This document shows, piece after piece, positions 9,363 through 17,903 of a DNA stretch of 64,000 nt. Source of the stretch: Anaerolineae bacterium (GTDB lineage: Bacteria > Chloroflexota > Anaerolineae > Epilineales > JAHCIE01); NCBI GenBank assembly GCA_039810085.1, contig JBDHWG010000002.1, forward strand, positions 2,273-66,272, written 5' to 3'. Both the position numbers and the translations under genes were made by a program. The notes below the pieces were generated by a model that was not told the DNA's origin, searched no databases, and saw only the letters and a list, made by a program, of their open reading frames with translations. The stretch's first letter is position 1; each line of letters opens with the position of its first letter.

Positions 9363-9520
9363 TGCGAGCAATCTCTTGGGGCTGCGGGTTTTGGGAATTG
9401 CCCGACGAGGTGTCTGTCGGCGTGACTTGTGTGGGGCGGGCAATTCCCAAAAGGGACGGTACTCCGCCTCCGCTGGCGAAGCAATCCCTTGCCCTTTCGA
9501 TATTAGCATCAGGCTAGACA

Positions 9521-10885
9521 TCATGAGCCTTTCCTCTCGTCGCCAGATTTGGCCGTGCGCAGACTGTCCAGGGTCTTCTGCGCGGATGGCGCTTGCAAGA
9601 TAGAGAAGTGCGGGTTGATTTCCAGCCCCCGCGCCAGGTACGTCTCAGCCTGAGCCGAGTCGCCGTTCGCCAGCGCAATCATGCCCGCGTGGTAGACCAT
9701 CAGGGCGTCGCGCGTTCCCAGCCGCAGCGCCTGCTGCATCATTCGCTGCGCCTCGGCCGGTTGCCCCGCTTTGAGCAGCGTCCAGGCGAGAACATCCGCG
9801 CCATGAACGCTGGGGCGGTCGGCATAGCCCTGCCGCGCGCGGGCGAGGGCGTTCGGCAAGTCGTGGTCGTGGTCGGCGTCGAACAGAGCTGTTTCCAGGT
9901 CCATCTCGACGCCGTTCGCCTTATAGAGCTGCTGGATAGCGCGCACAAGGTCGTACTGCTGTGCGGCTTCCGCGTCGCGGCCAGCCGCCGTGTAGGCGTC
10001 GCCGAGCAAGATGACGTACTCTGGCATCGGCATCGTGTCCACCGCCTGGCGGAGGATGGCGATGGCGTCGTCCCACTGACCCCGCGCCGCCAGGACGCGC
10101 GCCTGCCCAACGCGCGCCGGTACGTAGCCGGGATAGTGCGTCAGGGCGTTGCGAAACAAACTGTCCGCTGGCTCGAGCTGGCCCTGGTTGAAGTACAGCA
10201 GGCCAAGCTGGACCGTGGCCCAGGCGGTGTTCTCCGCGTTCGGGCCGCCCGAAACGATGGCCTGCTGCATCGCCTCGATAGCGCCAGGTATGTCGCCATG
10301 CAACTCGCGGACATACGAGACGCGGGAGTATGAGCTAAGGTCGGGGCGCTGGTTCACCATCGTCTGAATCGCGTCGCCCGCCTGGGCGTATTCGCCCAAC
10401 TCCACGTGCGCGTCGCCCAGGACGCCGTAGGTGTACGCCCGGTCCGGGCTGATGGCCCGCGCCTTTTCGCCCCACTGTAGCGCCTCGCGGAACTGGTGGC
10501 GCGACAGGGCCAGCGACCCCATGAAGCCGAGGGCGTCGATGTCCGAGGAGTTGCGGGCGAGCGCCTGCTTCAGCACGGCCTCGGCGCGGCCGTAGTACGA
10601 CGGGTCGCCGGTCTCGCGCGCCTTCTGTAAGTAGGCGCCGCCCAGTTGCGTCAGCGCGCGGGCATCGTCGGGCTGCTGCTTGAGGCGCGCCTGGAACCGA
10701 GCGATCGTGCTATCAGTATCCATCGCCCACACGCCCGCGTCGGCCACAACTGCCGCTGCCGTATCCTCGCGGCCGAGCCACCGTTGAGCGAGCGTCAGCA
10801 AGCGTCGCCCGTCAACCATCGTCGCCACCAGCAGGACAACGAGCGCAGCGAGAACAATCCGAACCGGAAGTGATATCCTGGACAT
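9521..10885 (-). CDS. Membrane-anchored tetratricopeptide (TPR) repeat protein
   Basis: Start at ATG 10885 (GAGGA upstream): MSRISLPVRIVLAALVVLLVATMV. Repeated Ala/Tyr/Gly-Leu TPR-like units follow throughout. Confidence 0.75.
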   Translation of the reverse strand: MSRISLPVRIVLAALVVLLVATMVDGRRLLTLAQRWLGREDTAAAVVADAGVWAMDTDSTIARFQARLKQQPDDARALTQLGGAYLQKARETGDPSYYGRAEAVLKQALARNSSDIDALGFMGSLALSRHQFREALQWGEKARAISPDRAYTYGVLGDAHVELGEYAQAGDAIQTMVNQRPDLSSYSRVSYVRELHGDIPGAIEAMQQAIVSGGPNAENTAWATVQLGLLYFNQGQLEPADSLFRNALTHYPGYVPARVGQARVLAARGQWDDAIAILRQAVDTMPMPEYVILLGDAYTAAGRDAEAAQQYDLVRAIQQLYKANGVEMDLETALFDADHDHDLPNALARARQGYADRPSVHGADVLAWTLLKAGQPAEAQRMMQQALRLGTRDALMVYHAGMIALANGDSAQAETYLARGLEINPHFSILQAPSAQKTLDSLRTAKSGDERKGS

Positions 10886-10957
10886 GGTATCCTCGGTGGG
10901 TGGGGACAGCCCTGGCGCGGGTGCGCCGGGACTGTCCCTCACGTCTCAAAGCGGCGA

Positions 10958-12403
10958 TTACTGATGGTGCGTGTGGTTGAAGCCCTGGTGCGGGGCCGCC
11001 AGGTACGGGAAGTGCTCCATGAACGGCACGTCGTTGGCCGGGACGCTCTGGCTGAGCGCGCCGGCGTTCGGCACCGCCGTGGTGCCGGGGAACAGCGGCG
11101 TGCCAAGCAGAACGCCCGCCGCGACCTGGAGCTCGATGTCCACGATGTCGTCGCTCAAGCGGCGGCCATTGGGGAAGCCAGACAGATCGCCGGCGAGGAC
11201 GCCAAGGCGCTGACCCCATCGACCGTTGTCATAGCTGGCCGGCGGGATTTCCACGTTGAGACGCAGCATCTCCGACGGGCGGACGTTCGCCGGCTGGTTG
11301 AGGCCAGGAATGCCGGTCAGGAACACCGTGACGAGGTCGTTGCGCGGCGTCGCGGGCACCGTCGGGAACAAGCTCGGATAGAGCAAGGTCAGCAGCTTGG
11401 GCAGCTCGGGGTTGGTCACGTACTTCAGGAACTGGGCGTCGTTGGTCGGCTGGGAAGCATTGAAGCGGTCCTTATCCTGCAGAGCGATGACCACTTCGTT
11501 GACCAAGGGCATGCCCAGGCGCGACACCTGCTGGTAGGAGCGCGAGTATGGGTAGTAGCCGGGCTTGGCGGCAGCAGCATCCGCCTTCACCTCGTCCACA
11601 GCACTGAACGCGCCATAGGGGCTGAGTGGTTGACGGCTCGCCGTCGCCCACATGCCGATGACGGGATCCGTGCCACGCACTTTGTTGATGGGAACCTGGA
11701 TGGCGAGCGAGTGAACGTTGAAGCCCTTGAGTGTGTCGATGCCGGGGTTGCGCAGGGCGAGCAGGTCGAACACGCCCAGGTCCACCCAGAACGGGTCATC
11801 CGTCGGACCGGCGTAGACCTTGGTGCCGTCGGACAGGGTGTAGACCGCCTTCGAGAAGATGTCGTCGTTGTAGTTGGGGTCCGAGCGCGGGCCGATGTTG
11901 TACGGCGGCACGAGCAGGTCAGTGCCCAGGACCGTCGGGTTGGCGACGCGGCGGTAGCCGGACTGGATCCAGTCCTCGCGAATGACCGTCATGTACTGGC
12001 GCAGGTTGTAGTCGGCGTCGTTGACCGACGTGAGTGGGCCGGTATTGTACAGGAAGGTGTTGCCGTTCTGATAGCCAGTGCGGAACAGGAACTGGAACGT
12101 CACGTCCGGCTGGCCGTCGCCGTTGTTGTCGATGTTCATCTCGTAGAGGGCGTTGTCGGCGAAGCGATAGTAGTAGGGGCCACCCATCGGCTCCTCGAAC
12201 GGGTTCCAGCACGAGATGAGCGTCACAGTATCCGGAGCGTCGGGGCTGCGGAACATGTAGACGTCGGTCGTGTCGACGGCCGGGTCCTGGGAGATGAGGG
12301 GCGCTTCTCGGTGGCTCGAGGCTTGGCTGCCACCAGGGCCAAGCACGACCGACAGCGCCAGCCCCAGGGCAAGCAGCGCGGTGAGGACAATGATCTTACG
12401 CAT
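10958..12403 (-). CDS. DUF4331 domain-containing secreted protein
   Basis: Signal peptide, then SSHREAPLISQDPAVDTTDVYMFRSPD.., which I recognise as the conserved DUF4331 N-terminal signature. Start at ATG 12403 with AGAGAGG upstream. Confidence 0.8.
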   Translation of the reverse strand: MRKIIVLTALLALGLALSVVLGPGGSQASSHREAPLISQDPAVDTTDVYMFRSPDAPDTVTLISCWNPFEEPMGGPYYYRFADNALYEMNIDNNGDGQPDVTFQFLFRTGYQNGNTFLYNTGPLTSVNDADYNLRQYMTVIREDWIQSGYRRVANPTVLGTDLLVPPYNIGPRSDPNYNDDIFSKAVYTLSDGTKVYAGPTDDPFWVDLGVFDLLALRNPGIDTLKGFNVHSLAIQVPINKVRGTDPVIGMWATASRQPLSPYGAFSAVDEVKADAAAAKPGYYPYSRSYQQVSRLGMPLVNEVVIALQDKDRFNASQPTNDAQFLKYVTNPELPKLLTLLYPSLFPTVPATPRNDLVTVFLTGIPGLNQPANVRPSEMLRLNVEIPPASYDNGRWGQRLGVLAGDLSGFPNGRRLSDDIVDIELQVAAGVLLGTPLFPGTTAVPNAGALSQSVPANDVPFMEHFPYLAAPHQGFNHTHHQ

Positions 12404-12631
12404 GGTCAGTTTACCTCTCTTGGTGAGTGACACGGGCTGTTATGTGACTTGCGGATAGGACGGTTCGGGCAGCATTTCACGGTCAGCTAATGAACAAGCG
12501 CGCAAGCGTATCGGGCGAGCCAATCAGCCGGGGCCCTCGGCGATGTGCCCCATCAACGCCTGCTTCTCACAACCTGGACTTCGCCACACGCCGTTGAGCG
12601 GCGAAGTCTTCTGCGTGGTTGACGCACAACA

Positions 12632-12659
12632 AAGGGCGCTGGATGTATCCAGCGCCCTT
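12632..12659 (-). terminator. Hairpin terminator downstream of the SARP regulator
   Basis: Perfect 12-bp stem AAGGGCGCTGGA / TCCAGCGCCCTT with a 4-nt loop. On the minus strand it is followed by TTGTTGTG, an imperfect T-tract. Confidence 0.5.
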
Positions 12660-12702
12660 GATTCAGTAAATTTGGAGGTTTGTCAGGGAATTGAACAATA
12701 AC

Positions 12703-15700
12703 TTACTGCACCGCCGTCAGGTGGGCCAGGTCCCACGTCATGTCCATGGCCCGCAGGAGGTCGGCGGCCTCAGTGAGGTAGGCCACGGCGGTCTGCGCTT
12801 CACCCACCGCATAAGCGATTCGGCCAGCTGCGGCTAAGGCGCGCGCCAGCTCAGGCGCGAAGCCATGCTCGCGGCAAATCGTCATCCCTTGGGCCAGGTG
12901 TGCCAGGGCGCGCGGGCCATCCCCGGCCGCCGCCAGCGCCTCGCCCACAATCCGATGGGCAAGCGCCTCATCGAAACGCGCGCCACATGCCTGGGCAATG
13001 GCAAGCCCCGCCTGGGCGGCTGACCGCGCCGCGTCGATATCGCCCGCCTCCAGCAGCACCTCACCAAGCCAGGCGTGAGCGCGGCCCATGAAGACCTGGG
13101 AGCGGCACTCGCCGCCAAGGGCAATCGCCTTCTCCAAGGCCTCCCGCCCGGCGGCCCTATCGCCCTGCCGCGCCAGTGGCAGACCCAGGAACAGGTACAC
13201 GTTGCGCTCATAGACGATGTTGGACGCTTGCTGCGCCAACTTCTCGGCGCGGCGGCCCCACGCCTCGGCCTCCGCCCAGCGTCCCCACATCTGGTAGACG
13301 GCCTCCAGGAAATTCGCCGCAGCGGCGACCGCCGCCGGGTCGGCCTGCTTTGCGCTGTCGGCCCAGACACGCTCAGCGGTGGCTAGGGCCTCGGCGAATT
13401 CGCCCAGGTAGGCGCGTTCTGCGCCGATCATCCCCTGCGAGATGAGCGAGTCGTTGTGCGCGCCGACCATGTCAAGCCGCGCCGCCCCTTCAGTCAGAAT
13501 GGGCAGACCAGGCTTGATGTCGCCCATGAAGGCCATCAGCCGGCCCAGGATGTTCATCGTCCGAGCGACGAGCAGGCTGTTGCCGGTGCGCTCGACGAGC
13601 GGGAGCAAGCCCTCGAGCAGTGGCCGCGCCGCCTTGAAATCGCCCTGGATGTAGAGCGAGCCGCCTTTCGCCAGGCCGACCATCGCCTGAAGATTCTCAT
13701 CGCCCAGGGCCAGCGCATCCGCCTCAGCTGGCGCCAGCCACTCGTTCAGCCGCCCTGGGTAGATGTAGAAAGCCACCCGGGCCAGGCTCAGCCGAATCAG
13801 GACGCCCTGTCGGCGCACGTCGTCATCCACCGGCAGATGCCCGAGCGCGTCGAGCGCCTGTTGGTAGAGCAGCGTCGCCGTCGCAAACGCAAACACACCA
13901 GCGGCGCTTTCGGCGGCCAGCCCGCTCCACGTCGCAGCCTCCTGCCAGAGCCGCCCCAGGAACGCATGGTAGGCTGTTCGCTCAGCCGCCCAACCATCCT
14001 TCGGCGGCCCGAGGACAGCAACAGCCCGACGGTGCAGGGTCGTGCAGCGCGCCTGACTCAGATCGCGGTAGACTACCTGTCGCACGGTATCATGGCTGAA
14101 GTCGTAGAGCGGCTCGCCCCCGGCGCTCACGCTCTCGACCAGCAGGTGCGTCCGCAGCAGCTCATCCAAGGCATCCAGCGCCCTGTCCTCGCTCTGCCCG
14201 CTCACGGCCCGCGCTAGATCGAACTCGAAGGCGCGACGGAACACCGAGGCTGCCGCCAGGAACTCCCGCGCCGCGGGGCTGACGCGCGCCAGGCGCGATT
14301 GAATGACGGCGACAATGGACGGCGGCAGGGTCAGGTGAACCGGGTGGGCTGGCAGCCGCGAGTCCGTCAGCTGGTCTAGAAGGGTTCCCGCCTCCATCAG
14401 CGAGCGAAGGATCTCGACGGTAAACAGCGGGTTGCCGGCCGTCTCACGGTGCAGCCAGGTAGCGAGCCGCTCGACGCGGTCCGCATGCCCCGCTATCTCT
14501 CGAATCATCGTCGTCATCGCAGCAGGCGAGAGACGGGATAGGCTCACTCGCGCCAGGTAGCCTTCGCGTTCCAGGTGCCACAAGGTCGTCTTCGACGCCT
14601 CGTCCATGTCGTCTATGCGCAGCGCGGCCACGAAGAGAATGGGGTGACGCGCCAGGTGGCGGACGAGATAGGCGAGCAGCTGCATGGTCGCCGCGTCGGC
14701 CCACTGGAGGTCGTCCAGGATGAACAAAACCGGCGCGGGCAGCGCGGCCAGAAAGCGCACCACGCCCTCGAATAGCCGACGGTGATCCTGCACAGCGTCT
14801 GGTCGCGGTGTGAGAAGACCAGGCCGCGCGTCCAGAATGTCTGGCACGAGGCGGGCGACTTCGCCAAGCCAGACGTCGGGCACCGGCAAGCTGGCAAGAT
14901 CAAGCGTGGGCAGAATGGAGGTTAGGGCGTCCACGATGGGGTGGTAAGGCAGGCTGCGCTCGGCCTCGTAGCAGTGGCCGTGGAGGATCGTGAACGGCGG
15001 CTCGGCCCTGCCTGCAATCTGCCACACAAGCTCGGCCAGAAGGCGCGATTTGCCGATGCCCGCCTCGCCTTCGACCACGACAAGCTGCCCAGTCGGCGTA
15101 TTAGCGTGCGCACCTGTCGTTCCACGCTGCGCGGCACGCTCCGCCTGCGCCAGCAGGCTATCCAGCTCGGCCTGGCGCTCGAGCAGGGGAAGATCGGGGG
15201 AGCGCGGGAGCCGGGGCGGGGTTACAATGCGCGGAGCGGGTGGAGCGGCGACCCGCGCAAGGCTGCCGACGCGAATCTCTTCAAACAGGCGGGTCGTCGC
15301 GGCATCTGGCGCAACACCCAGCTGCGCGTCGAGCGTTTCAACACAGACACGATACTGCGCCAATGCCGATGCGCGGTCCCCCATCTGGTACAACGCCACC
15401 ATGAGCGCACGGTGGAAGCGCTCCTGCAGCGGGTCCACCGCGAGGGCGCGTTGCGCCGCATCACGCGCCTGGGTCCACTCTCGCAGTCCTCGCGCCTGCT
15501 CGGCCAAACGCCATAGCAGGTCTAGATAGCGCGCCTCCCACTCGCCGCGCTCCTGACGCAGCCACTCATCGTAGCCCGTGCTGTCACGCACCTCAAACCC
15601 ATCGAGGAACGTCCCGCGCCATAGGTCGGCGGCCGCGCACAGATCGGCCAGGGTCGAGCCGGCTGACTTGAACGCGTCCGTGTCCACCCAGGCGGCATCA

Positions 15701-16011
15701 CCGGGGCGCCATGTCAGGGTATCGCCCTCAGCCGCAACGGGGAAGACGGGCAGCGCCTTGCGCAACCGGGTGAGCACCGTGCTCAGACTGTTGCGCGCCT
15801 CCGTCTCGCTGCTATTCTCCCAGAGGAGCGCGCACAGGTGTGAGCGGGAGAATGGGTGGCCCGGCTGAACGGCGAGGTAGTAGAGCAGCGCATGCGCCTT
15901 GACGGAGGGCAGATTCACACGGTCCTGTCCCGCCTCGACGGCGGGCGGGCCTAGCAAGCGGAGAGTCAGAACAGCCACAGCAGCCCTTTCTGGTCGCCTG
16001 CTTTCACTCAA
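12703..16011 (-). CDS. SARP/AfsR-type transcriptional regulator: winged-helix DNA-binding + BTAD + AAA/NB-ARC (STAND) ATPase + TPR
   Basis: N-terminus LRLLGPPAVEAG..SVKAHALLYYLAV..LWENSSETEARNSLSTVLTRLRKAL. BTAD-like region (DPLQERFHRALMVALYQMGDRASALAQY). Walker A GEAGIGKS. Long TPR-like C-terminus. The start codon is uncertain (TTG at 16011 or a nearby GTG). Confidence 0.8.
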   Translation of the reverse strand: MSESRRPERAAVAVLTLRLLGPPAVEAGQDRVNLPSVKAHALLYYLAVQPGHPFSRSHLCALLWENSSETEARNSLSTVLTRLRKALPVFPVAAEGDTLTWRPGDAAWVDTDAFKSAGSTLADLCAAADLWRGTFLDGFEVRDSTGYDEWLRQERGEWEARYLDLLWRLAEQARGLREWTQARDAAQRALAVDPLQERFHRALMVALYQMGDRASALAQYRVCVETLDAQLGVAPDAATTRLFEEIRVGSLARVAAPPAPRIVTPPRLPRSPDLPLLERQAELDSLLAQAERAAQRGTTGAHANTPTGQLVVVEGEAGIGKSRLLAELVWQIAGRAEPPFTILHGHCYEAERSLPYHPIVDALTSILPTLDLASLPVPDVWLGEVARLVPDILDARPGLLTPRPDAVQDHRRLFEGVVRFLAALPAPVLFILDDLQWADAATMQLLAYLVRHLARHPILFVAALRIDDMDEASKTTLWHLEREGYLARVSLSRLSPAAMTTMIREIAGHADRVERLATWLHRETAGNPLFTVEILRSLMEAGTLLDQLTDSRLPAHPVHLTLPPSIVAVIQSRLARVSPAAREFLAAASVFRRAFEFDLARAVSGQSEDRALDALDELLRTHLLVESVSAGGEPLYDFSHDTVRQVVYRDLSQARCTTLHRRAVAVLGPPKDGWAAERTAYHAFLGRLWQEAATWSGLAAESAAGVFAFATATLLYQQALDALGHLPVDDDVRRQGVLIRLSLARVAFYIYPGRLNEWLAPAEADALALGDENLQAMVGLAKGGSLYIQGDFKAARPLLEGLLPLVERTGNSLLVARTMNILGRLMAFMGDIKPGLPILTEGAARLDMVGAHNDSLISQGMIGAERAYLGEFAEALATAERVWADSAKQADPAAVAAAANFLEAVYQMWGRWAEAEAWGRRAEKLAQQASNIVYERNVYLFLGLPLARQGDRAAGREALEKAIALGGECRSQVFMGRAHAWLGEVLLEAGDIDAARSAAQAGLAIAQACGARFDEALAHRIVGEALAAAGDGPRALAHLAQGMTICREHGFAPELARALAAAGRIAYAVGEAQTAVAYLTEAADLLRAMDMTWDLAHLTAVQ

Positions 16012-16020
16012 TCAACTCTT

Positions 16021-16084
16021 GTCGCCCTGAGCAGCGCGAAGGGCCTCCAGAACGCCGGGATGCTTCGCTCACGCTCAGCATGAC
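16021..16084. repeat. Short family-B-related palindromic element
   Basis: GTCGCCCTGAGCAGCGCGAAGGGCCTC ... GGGATGCTTCGCTCACGCTCAGCATGAC is a hairpin related to the ends of the 4660 and 37500 elements. Confidence 0.65.
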
Positions 16085-16087
16085 AGC

Positions 16088-16873
16088 TTAGCGGCCCTTC
16101 CACTTTGGCGGCCGCTTCTCCAGGAAGGCGCGGAAGCCCTCGAAGGCATCCTCGCTTGCGAAAATCTCACCCTGGTACACGGCTTCCTGGGCTATGGCCT
16201 GGTCGAAGGTGCTCGTTTGCGCGGCATACACGGCTTTCTTCGCGCGCACCATCGCCAGCGGCGCCTGGGCGGCCAGCGCCGTCGCGTACTCCAGCACCTT
16301 GCTCTCGAATACATCGCAAGCGTAAATCTTGTTCGCCAGCCCGATACGTACCGCTTCGTCCGCCGGCACCGCCTCCCCGGTCAGGATAAGCTCCAGAGCG
16401 CGCCCTAGACCCACGAGCCGTTGCAGCGACCACGTTCCGCCGCCGTCCGGCACCAGCCCCCGGCGCACAAACAGCTCGGCGAACACGGCGCGGTCCGACG
16501 CCAGCCGTATATCACACGCCAGGGCCAGGTCAAGCCCGATGCCCGCCGCCGGCCCATCGACGGCGGCAATGACCGGCCACGGGCAGGCGCGGATGGCTTT
16601 CATCGTCGGGTGGTATACGTCGGTCAGAGTGCGAATCGCCGCGTCTCGGTCGAGGCCGCCCTGCGCCGCCGCTGAGAGGTCCGCACCCGACGAGAACGCC
16701 CCGCCCGCGCCGGTGATAACAACCACGCGGCTCTCCGAGTCTGCCGACGCCGCCTCGACCGACCCGCGCAGCGCCGTCATCGTCTCTGCGTCCACCGCAT
16801 TGCGCACCTGGGGACGGTTGATCGTGAGGAGCCAGATCGGCCCCTGGCGGTTGACTATGACTTTATCACTCAT
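16088..16873 (-). CDS. Enoyl-CoA hydratase/isomerase (crotonase) family protein
   Basis: MSDKVIVNRQGPIWLLTINRPQVRNA.., VVVITGAGGAFSSGADL. Start at ATG 16873 with GAAGAGGA upstream. Confidence 0.85.
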   Translation of the reverse strand: MSDKVIVNRQGPIWLLTINRPQVRNAVDAETMTALRGSVEAASADSESRVVVITGAGGAFSSGADLSAAAQGGLDRDAAIRTLTDVYHPTMKAIRACPWPVIAAVDGPAAGIGLDLALACDIRLASDRAVFAELFVRRGLVPDGGGTWSLQRLVGLGRALELILTGEAVPADEAVRIGLANKIYACDVFESKVLEYATALAAQAPLAMVRAKKAVYAAQTSTFDQAIAQEAVYQGEIFASEDAFEGFRAFLEKRPPKWKGR

Positions 16874-17093
16874 GCATCCTCTTCGTGGGAACGCAGGGCT
16901 GCCCCCGCAGCGTCCTGCAAGGTCCATTATACCACGTCACGCGGCGTTACGTGAATGGAATCCAATTCTAGTGCGGTTGGTCCGGCGCGAGAGACCGAAA
17001 ATTCACACCTTAACGCTTCGCGTGACCACAGATTGTTGCCGGATTTTCGGGGCCGGAGCATAATTGTAGACCTTTTGCAGCCGGAGTGAGGAC

Positions 17094-17900
17094 GTGAAGC
17101 TGGCCGTTATCTCCGATATTCACGGCAATCTGCCTGCCCTGGAAGCGGTGCTCGACGACATCGCTGCTCGCCAGCCGGACCAGGTTGTCGTCGCGGGCGA
17201 CCTCGTCAATCGCGGGCCGCAACCCGCCGAGGTTGTCGCCCGCCTGCGCCCCCTGGCCTACCCCACCTTGAAGGGCAACCACGAGCGCTATGTTCTCGCC
17301 CAGGCCCACGGCGGTGACACGGGTGAAGCGAATGAAGATTATGCGCCATCGCGGTGGGCCGCTCAGCAACTCGACGACGACGCTATCCAGTACCTCGACG
17401 CCTTGCCTGCCATGCTCTGCGTCAGCGACTTTCTCGTCGTTCACGGCAGCCCGCGCGGCGACCAGGACGGCATCTTCCGCCGCCACACCGACCACGACTT
17501 GCAGGAGCGGCTGGGCGACCACAGGGCCGTCATCTGCGGCCACACCCACGTCTCCCTGGTGCGCCACTGGTCGGGCGGGCTGGTCGTCAACGCCGGGTCG
17601 GCGGGCAACACGTTCGAGGGTGACACTCTTGCGCGCTACGCCTGGCTGGAACAGCGTGGCGACGGCTGGCACGCTGACATTGTCTCCATCGACTACGATG
17701 TGGACGCGGCGCTGCGCGCCTTCGAGGCGGGGGATTACCTGACGGCCGGCGGGCCGATGGCGCGCCTGTTCCGGCTGGAAATCGCCACGGGCCGCAACCA
17801 CCTCATTCCGGCCTACCTCGCTCACCGCGACGCTGTCGAGTCGGGCAGCATCTCCCTGACGCAAGCCGTCGACCTGTACCTCACTGGACTCGAGAGATAA
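17094..17900 (+). CDS. Metallophosphoesterase (calcineurin-like)
   Basis: MKLAVISDIHGN, GDLVNRG, GNHE and GHTH motifs. GTG start. Confidence 0.8.
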   Translation: MKLAVISDIHGNLPALEAVLDDIAARQPDQVVVAGDLVNRGPQPAEVVARLRPLAYPTLKGNHERYVLAQAHGGDTGEANEDYAPSRWAAQQLDDDAIQYLDALPAMLCVSDFLVVHGSPRGDQDGIFRRHTDHDLQERLGDHRAVICGHTHVSLVRHWSGGLVVNAGSAGNTFEGDTLARYAWLEQRGDGWHADIVSIDYDVDAALRAFEAGDYLTAGGPMARLFRLEIATGRNHLIPAYLAHRDAVESGSISLTQAVDLYLTGLER

Positions 17901-17903
17901 CCC

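Noticed and set aside
9363-9524. Possible earlier start (ATGA overlap at 9522..9524) for the NicO-like transporter
   Set aside because: Not fully excluded. The added 54 aa (MMSSLMLISKGQGIASPAEAEYRPFWELPAPHKSRRQ..) are encoded by lower-GC DNA containing an 11-bp inverted repeat and precede a normal signal-like segment. I therefore preferred ATG 9362.
10964-12430. 488-aa plus-strand ORF opposite the DUF4331 gene
   Set aside because: Mirror ORF of a confidently called minus-strand gene. Arg/Val/Asp/Gly-rich junk.
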